Positions 8,903-18,020 of a stretch of DNA of 64,000 bases are shown in pieces (within the stretch, counting starts at the first letter, position 1; every line of letters starts with the position of its first letter). This DNA is from Chitinophagaceae bacterium (lineage in GTDB: Bacteria > Bacteroidota > Bacteroidia > Chitinophagales > Chitinophagaceae): contig JADJKL010000006.1 in the NCBI GenBank assembly GCA_016706055.1, forward strand, positions 21,265-85,264, read 5' to 3'. The notes beneath the pieces are model-generated. The model made no database searches, was not told the DNA's origin, and saw nothing but the letters and a program-made list of their open reading frames with translations. Made by a program: the position numbers and the translations under genes.

Positions 8903-11900
8903 TTACCCTTTTTTTGAAACAATCACATTTAGAAAAACTTCATTAATATCTATACTAATACCATCAATTTTAGTTGATGAAAACTCTAACTCATCAGCTA
9001 GAATTTCGGCGCAAATATAGTCTTTATACTTTGTCAATGATTCTTTTAACCCATCTGCCTCAGATACAGTCACTTTCACCCTGTCTGTTAGTTCAAAACC
9101 GCCTTCTTTGCGGATTTTTTGAATCCTGTTTACAAACTCCCTGGCATTACCTTCTGCGGCTAATTCAGGTGTTATCGTTATGTCTAAAGCAACGGTTAAA
9201 CTGCCTTTATTTGCCACTGTCCAGCCAGGAATATCTTCACTACTAATATCAACATCGGCAATCTGTAATATTACATTTTCGCCATCAACTGGCAAACTAT
9301 ATTGTCCTTCTTTTTCCAACAAAGCAATGTCATCCTGTGTGAATAATGCTAACGCTGCCGACACGGCTTTCATCTTTGCTCCGAGTTTTTTACCAAGGGC
9401 AACAAAGTTTGGTTTTATCTTTTTACTGATGAAAGTATTGTCAGGATTCAGGTATTCAATCTCCTTCACATTCACTTCGGCTTTTATCAGGTCTTCCACT
9501 TTTTGTATTTGCTGTTTCATAGAAGCAGTCATTGCCGGAATCAATACCTTTTGCAATGGCTGACGGACTTTGATGTTCACTTTTTTTCTTAATGAAAGTA
9601 TCAATGAAGATGAATCCTGTGCCAGTTGCATTCTTTCTTCTAATAAAACATCTATTACCGATTCGTCTGCTACAGGATAATCTGTATGATGAACTGATTC
9701 TACGTTGAATCTGTTGGTAACAGCATTCAAATTCTGGAAAACAGTATCACTGAAGAATGGAGAAATTGGTGCTATTAATCTGGTAATTGTTTCCAAACAT
9801 TCATATAAGGTCTGATAAGCACAAATTTTATCCTGCTCATATTCTCCTTTCCAGAACCGGCGACGGCAAAGACGAACATACCAGTTACTTAAATGTTCAT
9901 CCACAAAATCTTCAATTACACGGCCTGCTTGAGTTGGTTCGTAGTCATCCATATAAGCAGTGGCTTTCTTCACTACTGTATTTAAGGAGGAGAGAATCCA
10001 GCGGTCAATTTCAGGACGGTCTTTTAATGGTATATATTCTTCTTTGAATGCAAAGCCATCTACATTGGAATACAATGCAAAGAATTGGTACGTATTATAA
10101 AGTGTGCCAAAGAATTTGCGTTGTACTTCTTTAATACCATCAAGGTCAAACTTCATATTGTCCCAAGGAGATGCATTGGTTACGAGATACCATCTTGTTG
10201 CATCTGCACCAAAAGTTTCAATGGTGGTGAACGGGTCAACAATGTTGCCCAATCGTTTACTCATCTTTACTCCATTCTTATCCAATACGAGGCCATTTGA
10301 CACACAGGTTTTGTACGCAACACTGTCGAATAGCATTACAGCAATTGCATGTAATGTATAGAACCAACCTCTTGTCTGATCTACACCTTCGGCTATATAA
10401 TCAGCAGGGAAACTCTTTTCAAATATTTCTTTATTCTCAAAAGGGAAATGCCATTGTGCATAGGGCATAGCGCCGGAATCAAACCAAACATCAATTAAAT
10501 CAGGAACCCTTTTCATTGGTTTGCCTGACTTGCTGACTAAAATAATATCGTCAACATATGGTTTATGTAAATCTAAAATCCCTTCATGTAAATAATGCTT
10601 GTTTACATCACCGCCTAACACTTCATTTGCTTTTCTTATTCCTGCATTTAACTCTTCAATAGAGCCAATACAAACTTCTTCATCTCTTTCTTCTGTTCTC
10701 CAGATTGGTAATGGTGTTCCCCAATATCTTGAACGGCTGAGATTCCAGTCGACAACATTCTCCAGCCAGTTGCCAAAACGTCCTTCGCCGGTTGATTTAG
10801 GTTTCCAATTAATGGTTTTATTCAGCTCCACCATTCTTTCTTTTACCGCAGTGGTTTTAATGAACCATGCATCCAACGGATAATAAAGAATAGGTTTATC
10901 TGTCCGCCAACAATGCGGATAGTTGTGTTCGTATTTTTCTACTTTGAAAGCCCGGTTCTCTTTTTTCAGTTTTACACTGATGTCAACATTCACATCCACA
11001 TAGTCCGGGTCGTCTTTATAATTCTTTACATATCGGTTACTAAACTCACCAAGGCCATCAATAAACTTACCCTGCCTGTCCACCATCGTCAGAATTCCGA
11101 TATTATATTTTTTACCTACTTTATAGTCATCTGCACCAAAAGCAGGAGCAGTGTGAACGATACCAGTACCATCTTCTGTAGTAACAAATGTGTCCACCAT
11201 TACCTGGAATGGGTTTGCATCGGGAGTTATTTCTTGTATTGCTTTTAGTGAGTTGGCTTCGTAAGGAAGCAACTGCTCATATTCACAGCCTTCTATTTCC
11301 TTTCCTTTGAATTCTGCAACAACTTTATACGGAAGATTCTTACCGTCATTCTTATACTCTGCAAAGTCTGCATTCTCTTGCTCAGGTTTGAAATATTTAC
11401 CAAGCAATGCTTTTGCCAGAACAATATTTACTTCATTGTGTAAATACGGATTAATTGTTTTTACCAAAACATAATCAATGTTTGCACCAACAGTTAACCC
11501 AAGATTGGATGGCAAAGTCCAAGGTGTGGTCGTCCATGCTAGGAAGAAGACCTCACCCCGACCCTCTCCTTCAGGAGAGGGAGTCGCAGACTCTGCCAAT
11601 GCAGAAAACATTTTTTGAATGCCGGGGTTTTTGTAAGCCCCTCCTTCGGAGGGGTTTGGGGAGGCTTTGAACATCGCCACTGCACTCGTATCCTTTACAT
11701 CTTTATATGTTCCAGGTTGGTTTAGTTCATGCGAACTTAAACCTGTGCCTGCTGCTGGTGAATATGGCTGTATGCTTACACTTTCGTACAGCAATCCTTT
11801 TTTATACAATTCACTTAATATCCACCAAAGTGTTTCGATGTACTCATTCTTGAATGTGATGTATGGGTCGTTCAAATCAACCCAATAACCCATTTTCTTG

Positions 11901-12310
11901 GTGATGTCATCCCACTTGTCTTTATACCGCAACACTGCTTCACGGCATTTCTGATTATATTCTTCTACTGATATTTTTTTACCAATATCTTCTTTAGTAA
12001 TACCGAGTTCCTTTTCCACTCCAAGTTCAATCGGCAGACCATGTGTATCCCAACCGCCTTTACGTTTTACCTGAAAACCTTTCATGGTTTTGTAGCGGCA
12101 AACCAAATCCTTTAATGTCCTTGAAATAACATGGTGAATGCCGGGCATACCGTTTGCACTGGGTGGGCCTTCATAAAATACAAAAGGCGTAGCACCTTCC
12201 CGTAGGGACACACTTTTCTCAAATGCCTGTTTTTCAGACCATTTAGCCAGTATTTCCTGCTCGAAAGCTGGTAGATTTAAGCCCTTAAATTCATGGTATT
12301 TTACACTCAT
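8903..12310 (-). CDS. ileS: Isoleucine--tRNA ligase (IleRS2 type)
   Basis: FYEGPPSANGMPGIHH, GWDTHGLP, WTTTPWTLP, WNLSRSRYWGTP, KMSKR. Confidence 0.98.
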   Translation of the reverse strand: MSVKYHEFKGLNLPAFEQEILAKWSEKQAFEKSVSLREGATPFVFYEGPPSANGMPGIHHVISRTLKDLVCRYKTMKGFQVKRKGGWDTHGLPIELGVEKELGITKEDIGKKISVEEYNQKCREAVLRYKDKWDDITKKMGYWVDLNDPYITFKNEYIETLWWILSELYKKGLLYESVSIQPYSPAAGTGLSSHELNQPGTYKDVKDTSAVAMFKASPNPSEGGAYKNPGIQKMFSALAESATPSPEGEGRGEVFFLAWTTTPWTLPSNLGLTVGANIDYVLVKTINPYLHNEVNIVLAKALLGKYFKPEQENADFAEYKNDGKNLPYKVVAEFKGKEIEGCEYEQLLPYEANSLKAIQEITPDANPFQVMVDTFVTTEDGTGIVHTAPAFGADDYKVGKKYNIGILTMVDRQGKFIDGLGEFSNRYVKNYKDDPDYVDVNVDISVKLKKENRAFKVEKYEHNYPHCWRTDKPILYYPLDAWFIKTTAVKERMVELNKTINWKPKSTGEGRFGNWLENVVDWNLSRSRYWGTPLPIWRTEERDEEVCIGSIEELNAGIRKANEVLGGDVNKHYLHEGILDLHKPYVDDIILVSKSGKPMKRVPDLIDVWFDSGAMPYAQWHFPFENKEIFEKSFPADYIAEGVDQTRGWFYTLHAIAVMLFDSVAYKTCVSNGLVLDKNGVKMSKRLGNIVDPFTTIETFGADATRWYLVTNASPWDNMKFDLDGIKEVQRKFFGTLYNTYQFFALYSNVDGFAFKEEYIPLKDRPEIDRWILSSLNTVVKKATAYMDDYEPTQAGRVIEDFVDEHLSNWYVRLCRRRFWKGEYEQDKICAYQTLYECLETITRLIAPISPFFSDTVFQNLNAVTNRFNVESVHHTDYPVADESVIDVLLEERMQLAQDSSSLILSLRKKVNIKVRQPLQKVLIPAMTASMKQQIQKVEDLIKAEVNVKEIEYLNPDNTFISKKIKPNFVALGKKLGAKMKAVSAALALFTQDDIALLEKEGQYSLPVDGENVILQIADVDISSEDIPGWTVANKGSLTVALDITITPELAAEGNAREFVNRIQKIRKEGGFELTDRVKVTVSEADGLKESLTKYKDYICAEILADELEFSSTKIDGISIDINEVFLNVIVSKKG
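11551..11582 (+). repeat. REP-like GC-rich palindrome A inside ileS
   Basis: cctcaccccga-ccctctcc-ttca-ggagaggg-a; 8-bp stem. Confidence 0.8.
11635..11665 (-). repeat. REP-like GC-rich palindrome B inside ileS, inverted relative to A
   Basis: aag-cccctcc-ttc-ggagggg-tttggggaggc; reverse complement starts cctccccaaacccct, like A. Confidence 0.8.
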
Positions 12311-12353
12311 AGCCGTTCTAAAATGGGTGCGAAGTTACGAAAAGTAAAGCCTG

Positions 12354-12382
12354 AAAAAAACCGCATCCCAAAGAATGCGGTT
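12354..12382 (-). terminator. Intrinsic terminator after hmuY
   Basis: aaccgcat / atgcggtt stem with an A-run on the + strand (U-tract on minus). Confidence 0.7.
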
Positions 12383-12407
12383 AAGTATATCTTTTGGTAC
12401 AATTAGA

Positions 12408-12995
12408 TTAGAAAGCTAGGCTGCCATCTCCCTGGTAAGCCACTCTGATTTTGTATTTAATTTTTGTAGGTCTTGTTGGTGGAACTACCAGATTACCTAA
12501 ATCATCAGTAGGGTCTGCACTAATCATTTCAAGCTTGGCATACTTGCCGGTAGCAGTGCGGAATACAAAAGTTTTTCCGGCTATGGGTGAAAAGCTACGG
12601 GTTGTTGGATTGTATGTGTACCAGTCTGCACCTTTTATTGCTTTTTGAGAAACAGTTGTATCATATCTGTAACTGTTTGCTGGAGCTGTAGTGATTGCAT
12701 CAAATGGTTGGTTGATAATCTGCACACCTGCATTACCCGGTCCGCTTGCATTGCTATTAACAATAAAAGTCTCAAAGCGAATTGCAAAATCCCATTTAGA
12801 GCTTGAAGAATCAGCCTCGTTTATTTCAGCAGAATTTGCGAAACTGAAAAAATTATAATTACCTCCCGAAGGATCACCGTTTACGAGAAAATCTTTTGTA
12901 TTTATCTCGGCAGGTTTTGGATCTGTTGTATCTTTTTTGCAGCTTGCAAAAACTACAATCATTAACACTGCAAAAATCACATTTCTCTTGTCCAT
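12408..12995 (-). CDS. HmuY-family lipoprotein
   Basis: Lipobox FASC; YNFFSF, WDFAIRF, WYTYN, FVFRTATGKYAKLEM; directly downstream of a TonB receptor. Confidence 0.8.
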   Translation of the reverse strand: MDKRNVIFAVLMIVVFASCKKDTTDPKPAEINTKDFLVNGDPSGGNYNFFSFANSAEINEADSSSSKWDFAIRFETFIVNSNASGPGNAGVQIINQPFDAITTAPANSYRYDTTVSQKAIKGADWYTYNPTTRSFSPIAGKTFVFRTATGKYAKLEMISADPTDDLGNLVVPPTRPTKIKYKIRVAYQGDGSLAF

Positions 12996-13005
12996 GTTTC
13001 TCTTT

Positions 13006-15107
13006 TTATTTTTTAAATGAATAATGTATTCCTAAAAACCAATTGATGCCCGGTATGTTGGGTAAGTCTTTTGCATTTATCTGGTTCAATAAATTGTTTA
13101 CACCAGCCTGTAGACTAAATGATTTATTGAGTTGATAACCAATTGTCATGTTTGTTTGTAGCATTTCTTTCGCAAACTCTTCTTTCATATTTGCAAAGCC
13201 GTTACCATCCTTATCAGTAACGCCGAACCTGCTGCGGTAAATAAAACGTAAGGAAGCATTCCATTTATTATTATCCTTCTCCCAGAATAACCGAAGGTTT
13301 GCTTGGTGTTTACTTCTGTTGAGTAAGCCGCTATAATCAGATTTTATCATCAGCCTTGCCACACCGTTTATTTTATCACGGCCATAAACTTCATTATTTT
13401 TTATTTTTTCTAAAAGATCTTTATCGCCAGTAGAAAGCAGCTGATAACCTCCGCTGATTTGTAGCGTTTTTATTTTATAACTGATGTTTAATTCAGCGCC
13501 TTGTGTAAAGGCTCTGTTTACATTGATATAACTAAAAACCGAACTGCCATTGGTATTGGTGGCAACCGGTATATAATTAATTAGATTATTTACATCGTTG
13601 CGAAATAAATTAATATCAATTTTTAAAGAAGCTATGGGATTCAAGGTTGTACCAATATTGAAGCCATCTGATATTTCCGGTTTAAGCTTTTGATAAGATT
13701 TGCTGATGGGAAGATGGTTGAAATAAGTCCAAGGTTTTGCTGTTGCTGAAGAAAGGCGATTGAAAATTCATTACTGCCGTAAATACTATATCCTTCCGCT
13801 GCATTATTGGTAAAATTCAAATACAACTGTCGAAAATCGGGGGCTTTAAATCCAGCGCCATACGAAGCGATTAATTTTATTTTTTCATTGATGGCATAAT
13901 TAACTGCGACTTTTGGGCTTAACCTTGACGCAAAATCGGTGTTGTAATCATATCGTAATCCTGAAATAAGGATTAAGTTTTTTACAGCCCGCCATTCATG
14001 TTGAGCAAAGCCATGCCACATTTGCTGTTCCTGTTTTTTGCTGTAACGGGTTGTATTGACAGTTTGTAAAGTAAATCCTCCGCCAATCGTCAGCGTATTA
14101 TTGGTGTTCCAGGAAAAGTCAGTTTGATTTTCAACTCTGTAAAAACCCTGATTAAAACGATCGTAATAGTATTGTTTATTATTATTGATGCTATCTAATT
14201 GCTGCGTAAAGCTGTATCCGCTCGCCATCAACCGCAAGTTTGTTTGTAAACGATTATTAAAACGGTGTGATAGAACAGGGTTTATAAGAAAATCTTTTGT
14301 ACGTCCATCACCGTTTACATTTAACTGGCTACTGTTAATAGCATAACGACTTTTTTGTAATCCGTAGTATAACCGGCTGTTTGTTGTCAATTTTGTTTTT
14401 GGAGAAAATTGATAACCAAATTTTAATTGACCTGTATAATTAAAATAAGGTTCCTGCGTTTTTTCAGGAGTTGATTTATCTAGTTCATAGCCATTACTAC
14501 TGTTCCTATTCAGAAAATAAAGTAATGAAGTTTTATTTTTGCTGATATTCCCCGATGTATAAATATCTGTATTTAAAAATGAGCCGCTTCTTATACCAGC
14601 AGTAAAATTATTTCCCTTTGCTGGTTCAGTAATTATATTGATAACACCACCCATTGCATCACTGCCATATAAACTCGATGATGGGCCTTTTACAATTTCT
14701 ATTTTACGGATATTGCCAACAGCAAACCTCGATAAATCCATTACACCACCTTGACGTCCGATTAATGGTTCTCCATCTAATAGTATAATTGTATGATCAG
14801 GAGAAAGGCCTTGTAATTGAACACCATTTCCAAATACGCCACCACCAACTGCATTGCTTCCAGTACCACCGGTAATCTGCAAGCCTGTTTGCTCTTGCAG
14901 AATATCATTTAGCCTTAATGAACCTGAAAGCTGAATGGTCTTTTTATTAATAATACTGACCGGCACTGCTACGTTTCCAATCTTTCTTTCAGTTCGGGTA
15001 GCTGTAACAACAATTTCATCCATTGTTCTGTTGAACAAGGTGTCATTCTGTGCAAATGCGGAAATTCCAAGTAAGAAAGTGATTAAAATTGCAGCCGATC
15101 TCTTCAT
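13006..15107 (-). pseudogene. TonB-dependent receptor (HmuR/CirA-like) split by a -1 frameshift at T4 13688-13691
   Basis: Plug motifs EIVVTATRTE, LLDGEP, IEIVKGPSSSLYGSDAMGGVINIIT; adding one base joins LIKKLKPEISDGFNIG to the C-terminal ORF ending in F-K-K (about 700 aa). Confidence 0.85.
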
Positions 15108-15163
15108 CTGTTCTAAAATTGGCTGCAAAGGTTCTTTAGGAATAGTTGAGATTTATCATACTA

Positions 15164-15227
15164 TTGTCAAGAAGTGAAGATGAATATTTCTTTGACAAAA
15201 AAATGACATCATTTTTTGAAATGTCAT
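15164..15227. promoter_or_regulatory. Two inverted repeats built from TGACA half-sites upstream of the receptor promoter
   Basis: ttgtcaagaa...ttctttgacaa (15164-15198) and atgacat-N11-atgtcat (15203-15227). Confidence 0.45.
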
Positions 15228-15273
15228 ATTGGTTGTTGAGGAAAATCATATTTTATTTTGGAAATGGGCAAAC

Positions 15274-15303
15274 AAAAAGCTGTTCAAGATTGAACAGCTT
15301 TTT
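15274..15303 (-). terminator. Perfect hairpin terminator after the DUF4920 gene
   Basis: aaaaagctgttcaa-ga-ttgaacagcttttt. Confidence 0.8.
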
Positions 15304-15321
15304 TAATAAGTAGTGGAATTA

Positions 15322-15801
15322 TTATTCTACTATTATAATGCCTTTTGCAGTAACCCGAACTTCTTTTTCAGGTTTAGTAATAGCATCAATTTCTGCTTTT
15401 GATTTTTTTGCATCTTCTGCATAGTGCTTTAATTCAGCAACAGAAGTTGTTTTCATCTTTACCTCACCATCAATAACCACTGTTTTACCTTTGGCAGCTA
15501 CTGGAAGAAAAAAACCATAGTCTTTCATTTTAACCATAGCTGTTTCGCCGTTTTCTAATTCTAGCTTTAACCAACATCCTTTGTTCGGGCAAACTTCAAC
15601 AATTTTTGCTTTTATTTTTGCGTCCAGAGAACTGGCATCACTATTTTGTAGCCTTGCTGCTACTTATGTTAATGCAACCGGACCATCTGTTGTTACTTTT
15701 TCTCCATACCATTCGCCAACTTTTGCATCGCCTGCTGGTGGTTGTGCATTTACAATAAAGGCCAATCCTACAATTGCAAGTGTAAATAATAATTTTTTCA
15801 T
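15322..15801 (-). pseudogene. DUF4920-like exported protein with an in-frame TAA at codon 46 (15664-15666)
   Basis: Signal peptide MKKLLFTLAIVGLAFIVNAQ; the frame continues past TAA through EVCPNKGCW into the 71-aa ORF (YGFFLP...HYAEDA). Confidence 0.8.
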
Positions 15802-15865
15802 GGTTATTTTTTTATTTGTTTTTAAGTTTGGTACGCAAAGATAACTTTTCAGTTGAAATAGTTGC

Positions 15866-16918
15866 TTATTTGGGTAAAACTGGTTTTTTAAACTCTACAG
15901 GCGATACAGAAATGGCTTTTAAAAAGGCCAGTAAGTCATTTTTCTCTTTTTTTGAAAGGCTTAGTGGTCTTATCAAGGGGTTATTATTGGTGATTAAATC
16001 AGCCGAATTGAGCTTTTCTATAATTTCTTCCATGCTAGTCGACTTGCCATTATGCATCCATGGACCGGTTTTCATAACATCCCTCAATGATGGAGTTTTA
16101 AATTTTCCTAGATCTTCATCTTTATGTGTTACTTGGTAATATCCATTATCATTAAGTGAAAACCCAATATTGTGAAACTGATTATCGGTCAACAAAGGGC
16201 CGTTGTGGCAATTCATGCATCTGGCTTTGGTGCGAAACAAATGAAGACCTTTTAATTCACTATTCGTAAGTGCTTTTTTGTCTCCTTCCAGAAATTTATC
16301 GAACCTGTTCTTATTGCTTACAACTGTTCTTTCAAAAGTGGCGATGGCTTCTGTTAAATTATGTGGATTGATTGCAGGTGAACCGAAAGCCTTTTGAAAT
16401 AAAACAGCGTATCCATTTATGTTTCTTAATTGTCCTACCAACTCAGGCATTTCATGATGCATTTCAGATTCGCTGTTAATTGGACCAAAAGCTTGATCTT
16501 CTAAACTACTGCTTCTACCATCCCAAAAAAGTTTAGCATAAAACCAGGTGTTTTGAATTGTTGGGGAGTTTCTTTTGTTAATCGTCCCTTCATGACCGAT
16601 AGATTTTTCTTTTCCATCTGTCCAGTTCAATTCAGGATTATGACAGGTGGCACAGGATATTTTTCCTGAACCGCTTAATCTTGTATCGAAGAATAATGCT
16701 TTACCCAGCTCAATAACATCTTTCAGGGAATCTTTTTTATTTTCTAACGGACTCGAAGGAAGTATTCCTAGTTCTTTCCATTTAATACCATCATCAATTG
16801 TAGGTTTTGGCCATTGTGAGGCTGGACGAGAGTAAATGTCCCGCAAGTTTTCTTTACTGAAGGATACAAAAAAAAGAACACTGATAAACAAAGCAAGTAT
16901 GACAAGAGTTTTTTGCAT
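15866..16918 (-). CDS. Di-heme cytochrome c peroxidase/MauG family
   Basis: Two CxxCH motifs (CATCH, CMNCH), LFWDGR, FKTPSLRDV, PWMHNG. Confidence 0.9.
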   Translation of the reverse strand: MQKTLVILALFISVLFFVSFSKENLRDIYSRPASQWPKPTIDDGIKWKELGILPSSPLENKKDSLKDVIELGKALFFDTRLSGSGKISCATCHNPELNWTDGKEKSIGHEGTINKRNSPTIQNTWFYAKLFWDGRSSSLEDQAFGPINSESEMHHEMPELVGQLRNINGYAVLFQKAFGSPAINPHNLTEAIATFERTVVSNKNRFDKFLEGDKKALTNSELKGLHLFRTKARCMNCHNGPLLTDNQFHNIGFSLNDNGYYQVTHKDEDLGKFKTPSLRDVMKTGPWMHNGKSTSMEEIIEKLNSADLITNNNPLIRPLSLSKKEKNDLLAFLKAISVSPVEFKKPVLPK

Positions 16919-16975
16919 AGTAATAAGCAAATAAATAAAATTTCAGTTTATTATTTGGTGACTTTTATCATCTAA

Positions 16976-17407
16976 CTAAATAAATCCTCTGCAGTTTTTA
17001 GCACCACATTTGCACGGCAATTTACCTTCATGATGTGTTTCTCCATAGTCGCAGCTCAACTCTTCTCCTTTCTTAATATTTTTTAAGGCATAAAACTCAA
17101 CCCGGTCTTTCATTACCCGCATAAATGTATTCGGACCGCAGGAATGATTGATGAAACGCATATCGTTTGGGTTGGCAGAAGCATTTAAAGCAAGGTTGTT
17201 ATCCAGCTCAACACAATTAATAACTTTTAAATCTCTTATCAAACGCATAGCCTCTTTCATAGTGATTATAACGCCGCCGAGATCGCCTATCTTTCTTTTT
17301 GCCGGAATAGATTGCAATGCATAAGCACCTTTACCAGCAATCCTACTTTTTGCAACTTTTACAGGATAGTGAATATGATATTCAGGAGTAATGATTTGTT
17401 TTGCCAT
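16976..17407 (-). CDS. SET-domain protein-lysine methyltransferase with post-SET Cys motif
   Basis: SRIAGKGAYA, RFINHSC, ELSCDYG, CKCGAKNCRG; upstream ATG at 17425 also possible. Confidence 0.9.
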   Translation of the reverse strand: MAKQIITPEYHIHYPVKVAKSRIAGKGAYALQSIPAKRKIGDLGGVIITMKEAMRLIRDLKVINCVELDNNLALNASANPNDMRFINHSCGPNTFMRVMKDRVEFYALKNIKKGEELSCDYGETHHEGKLPCKCGAKNCRGFI

Positions 17408-17412
17408 AATTA

Positions 17413-17994
17413 TTAATTGATCCATTTTACTTTTTCTTCCAATGGTTTTCTTGTTGCTCCGGTTGTTGGAATAGCAATATGTCCGATATAAAAGAAACCC
17501 ATTAGCTTATCTTCTTCACCCAAACCAAAAAAATCTTTTGCCTTTTCTTTATAGGTGACTCCACCCGTTGTCCAATAGCCGCCAAGACCATAAGCAGTAA
17601 CAGATAAATAAATATTCTGCACAGCACAAGCTACTGCAGCCACATCTTCCACCTCTGGAATATTTTTATTAGCAGTTTTTTTCATGCACAAGGCAATAAC
17701 ATGTGAAGCTTTCAAAGGATTCTGTTGCAATTTAGAATAAGTAATCTCTTTAAAATTTTCACCTGCCAGTTCTTTATAAAGTTCACTTTGATAAGTTGCA
17801 AGCTTTTGTAAACCATCTCCACTAAATACAGTAAAATGCCAGGGCTCTTGTTTACCATGATTGGGTGCCCAGCAGGCATTGGTAATTATTTCTTTTATAA
17901 TATCATCATCTACTTTTTTCCCTGCTACAAACTGGTCGGGAAATGTAGAACGGCGATTTCTTGCCAACTCATTAAATAATGCTGCGTTCATCAT
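17413..17994 (-). CDS. Nitroreductase family protein (YdjA-like)
   Basis: RNRRS, WAPNHGKQEPWHF, ACAVQNIYL, GGYWTTG. Confidence 0.88.
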   Translation of the reverse strand: MMNAALFNELARNRRSTFPDQFVAGKKVDDDIIKEIITNACWAPNHGKQEPWHFTVFSGDGLQKLATYQSELYKELAGENFKEITYSKLQQNPLKASHVIALCMKKTANKNIPEVEDVAAVACAVQNIYLSVTAYGLGGYWTTGGVTYKEKAKDFFGLGEEDKLMGFFYIGHIAIPTTGATRKPLEEKVKWIN

Positions 17995-18020
17995 GTTCTT
18001 ATTTCAATATTTATAAATTA

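Noticed and set aside
8480-8917. 145-aa plus-strand F/A/G-rich ORF
   Set aside because: Antisense shadow of the low-complexity DksA tail
8903-12310. IleRS2 as an acquired mupirocin-resistance gene
   Set aside because: This type is the normal chromosomal IleRS in Bacteroidota; no mobility genes nearby
12310-12408. T-box or riboswitch upstream of ileS
   Set aside because: Spacer is under 100 nt, holds only the hmuY terminator and a promoter-like box; no T-box motif
15107-15322. Cobalamin or TPP riboswitch ahead of the TonB receptor
   Set aside because: No recognisable conserved riboswitch core; the region is very AT-rich
15664-15666. Stop-codon reassignment suggested by in-frame TAA here and at 470-472
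   Set aside because: TAA terminates most intact genes in the window, so recoding is untenable
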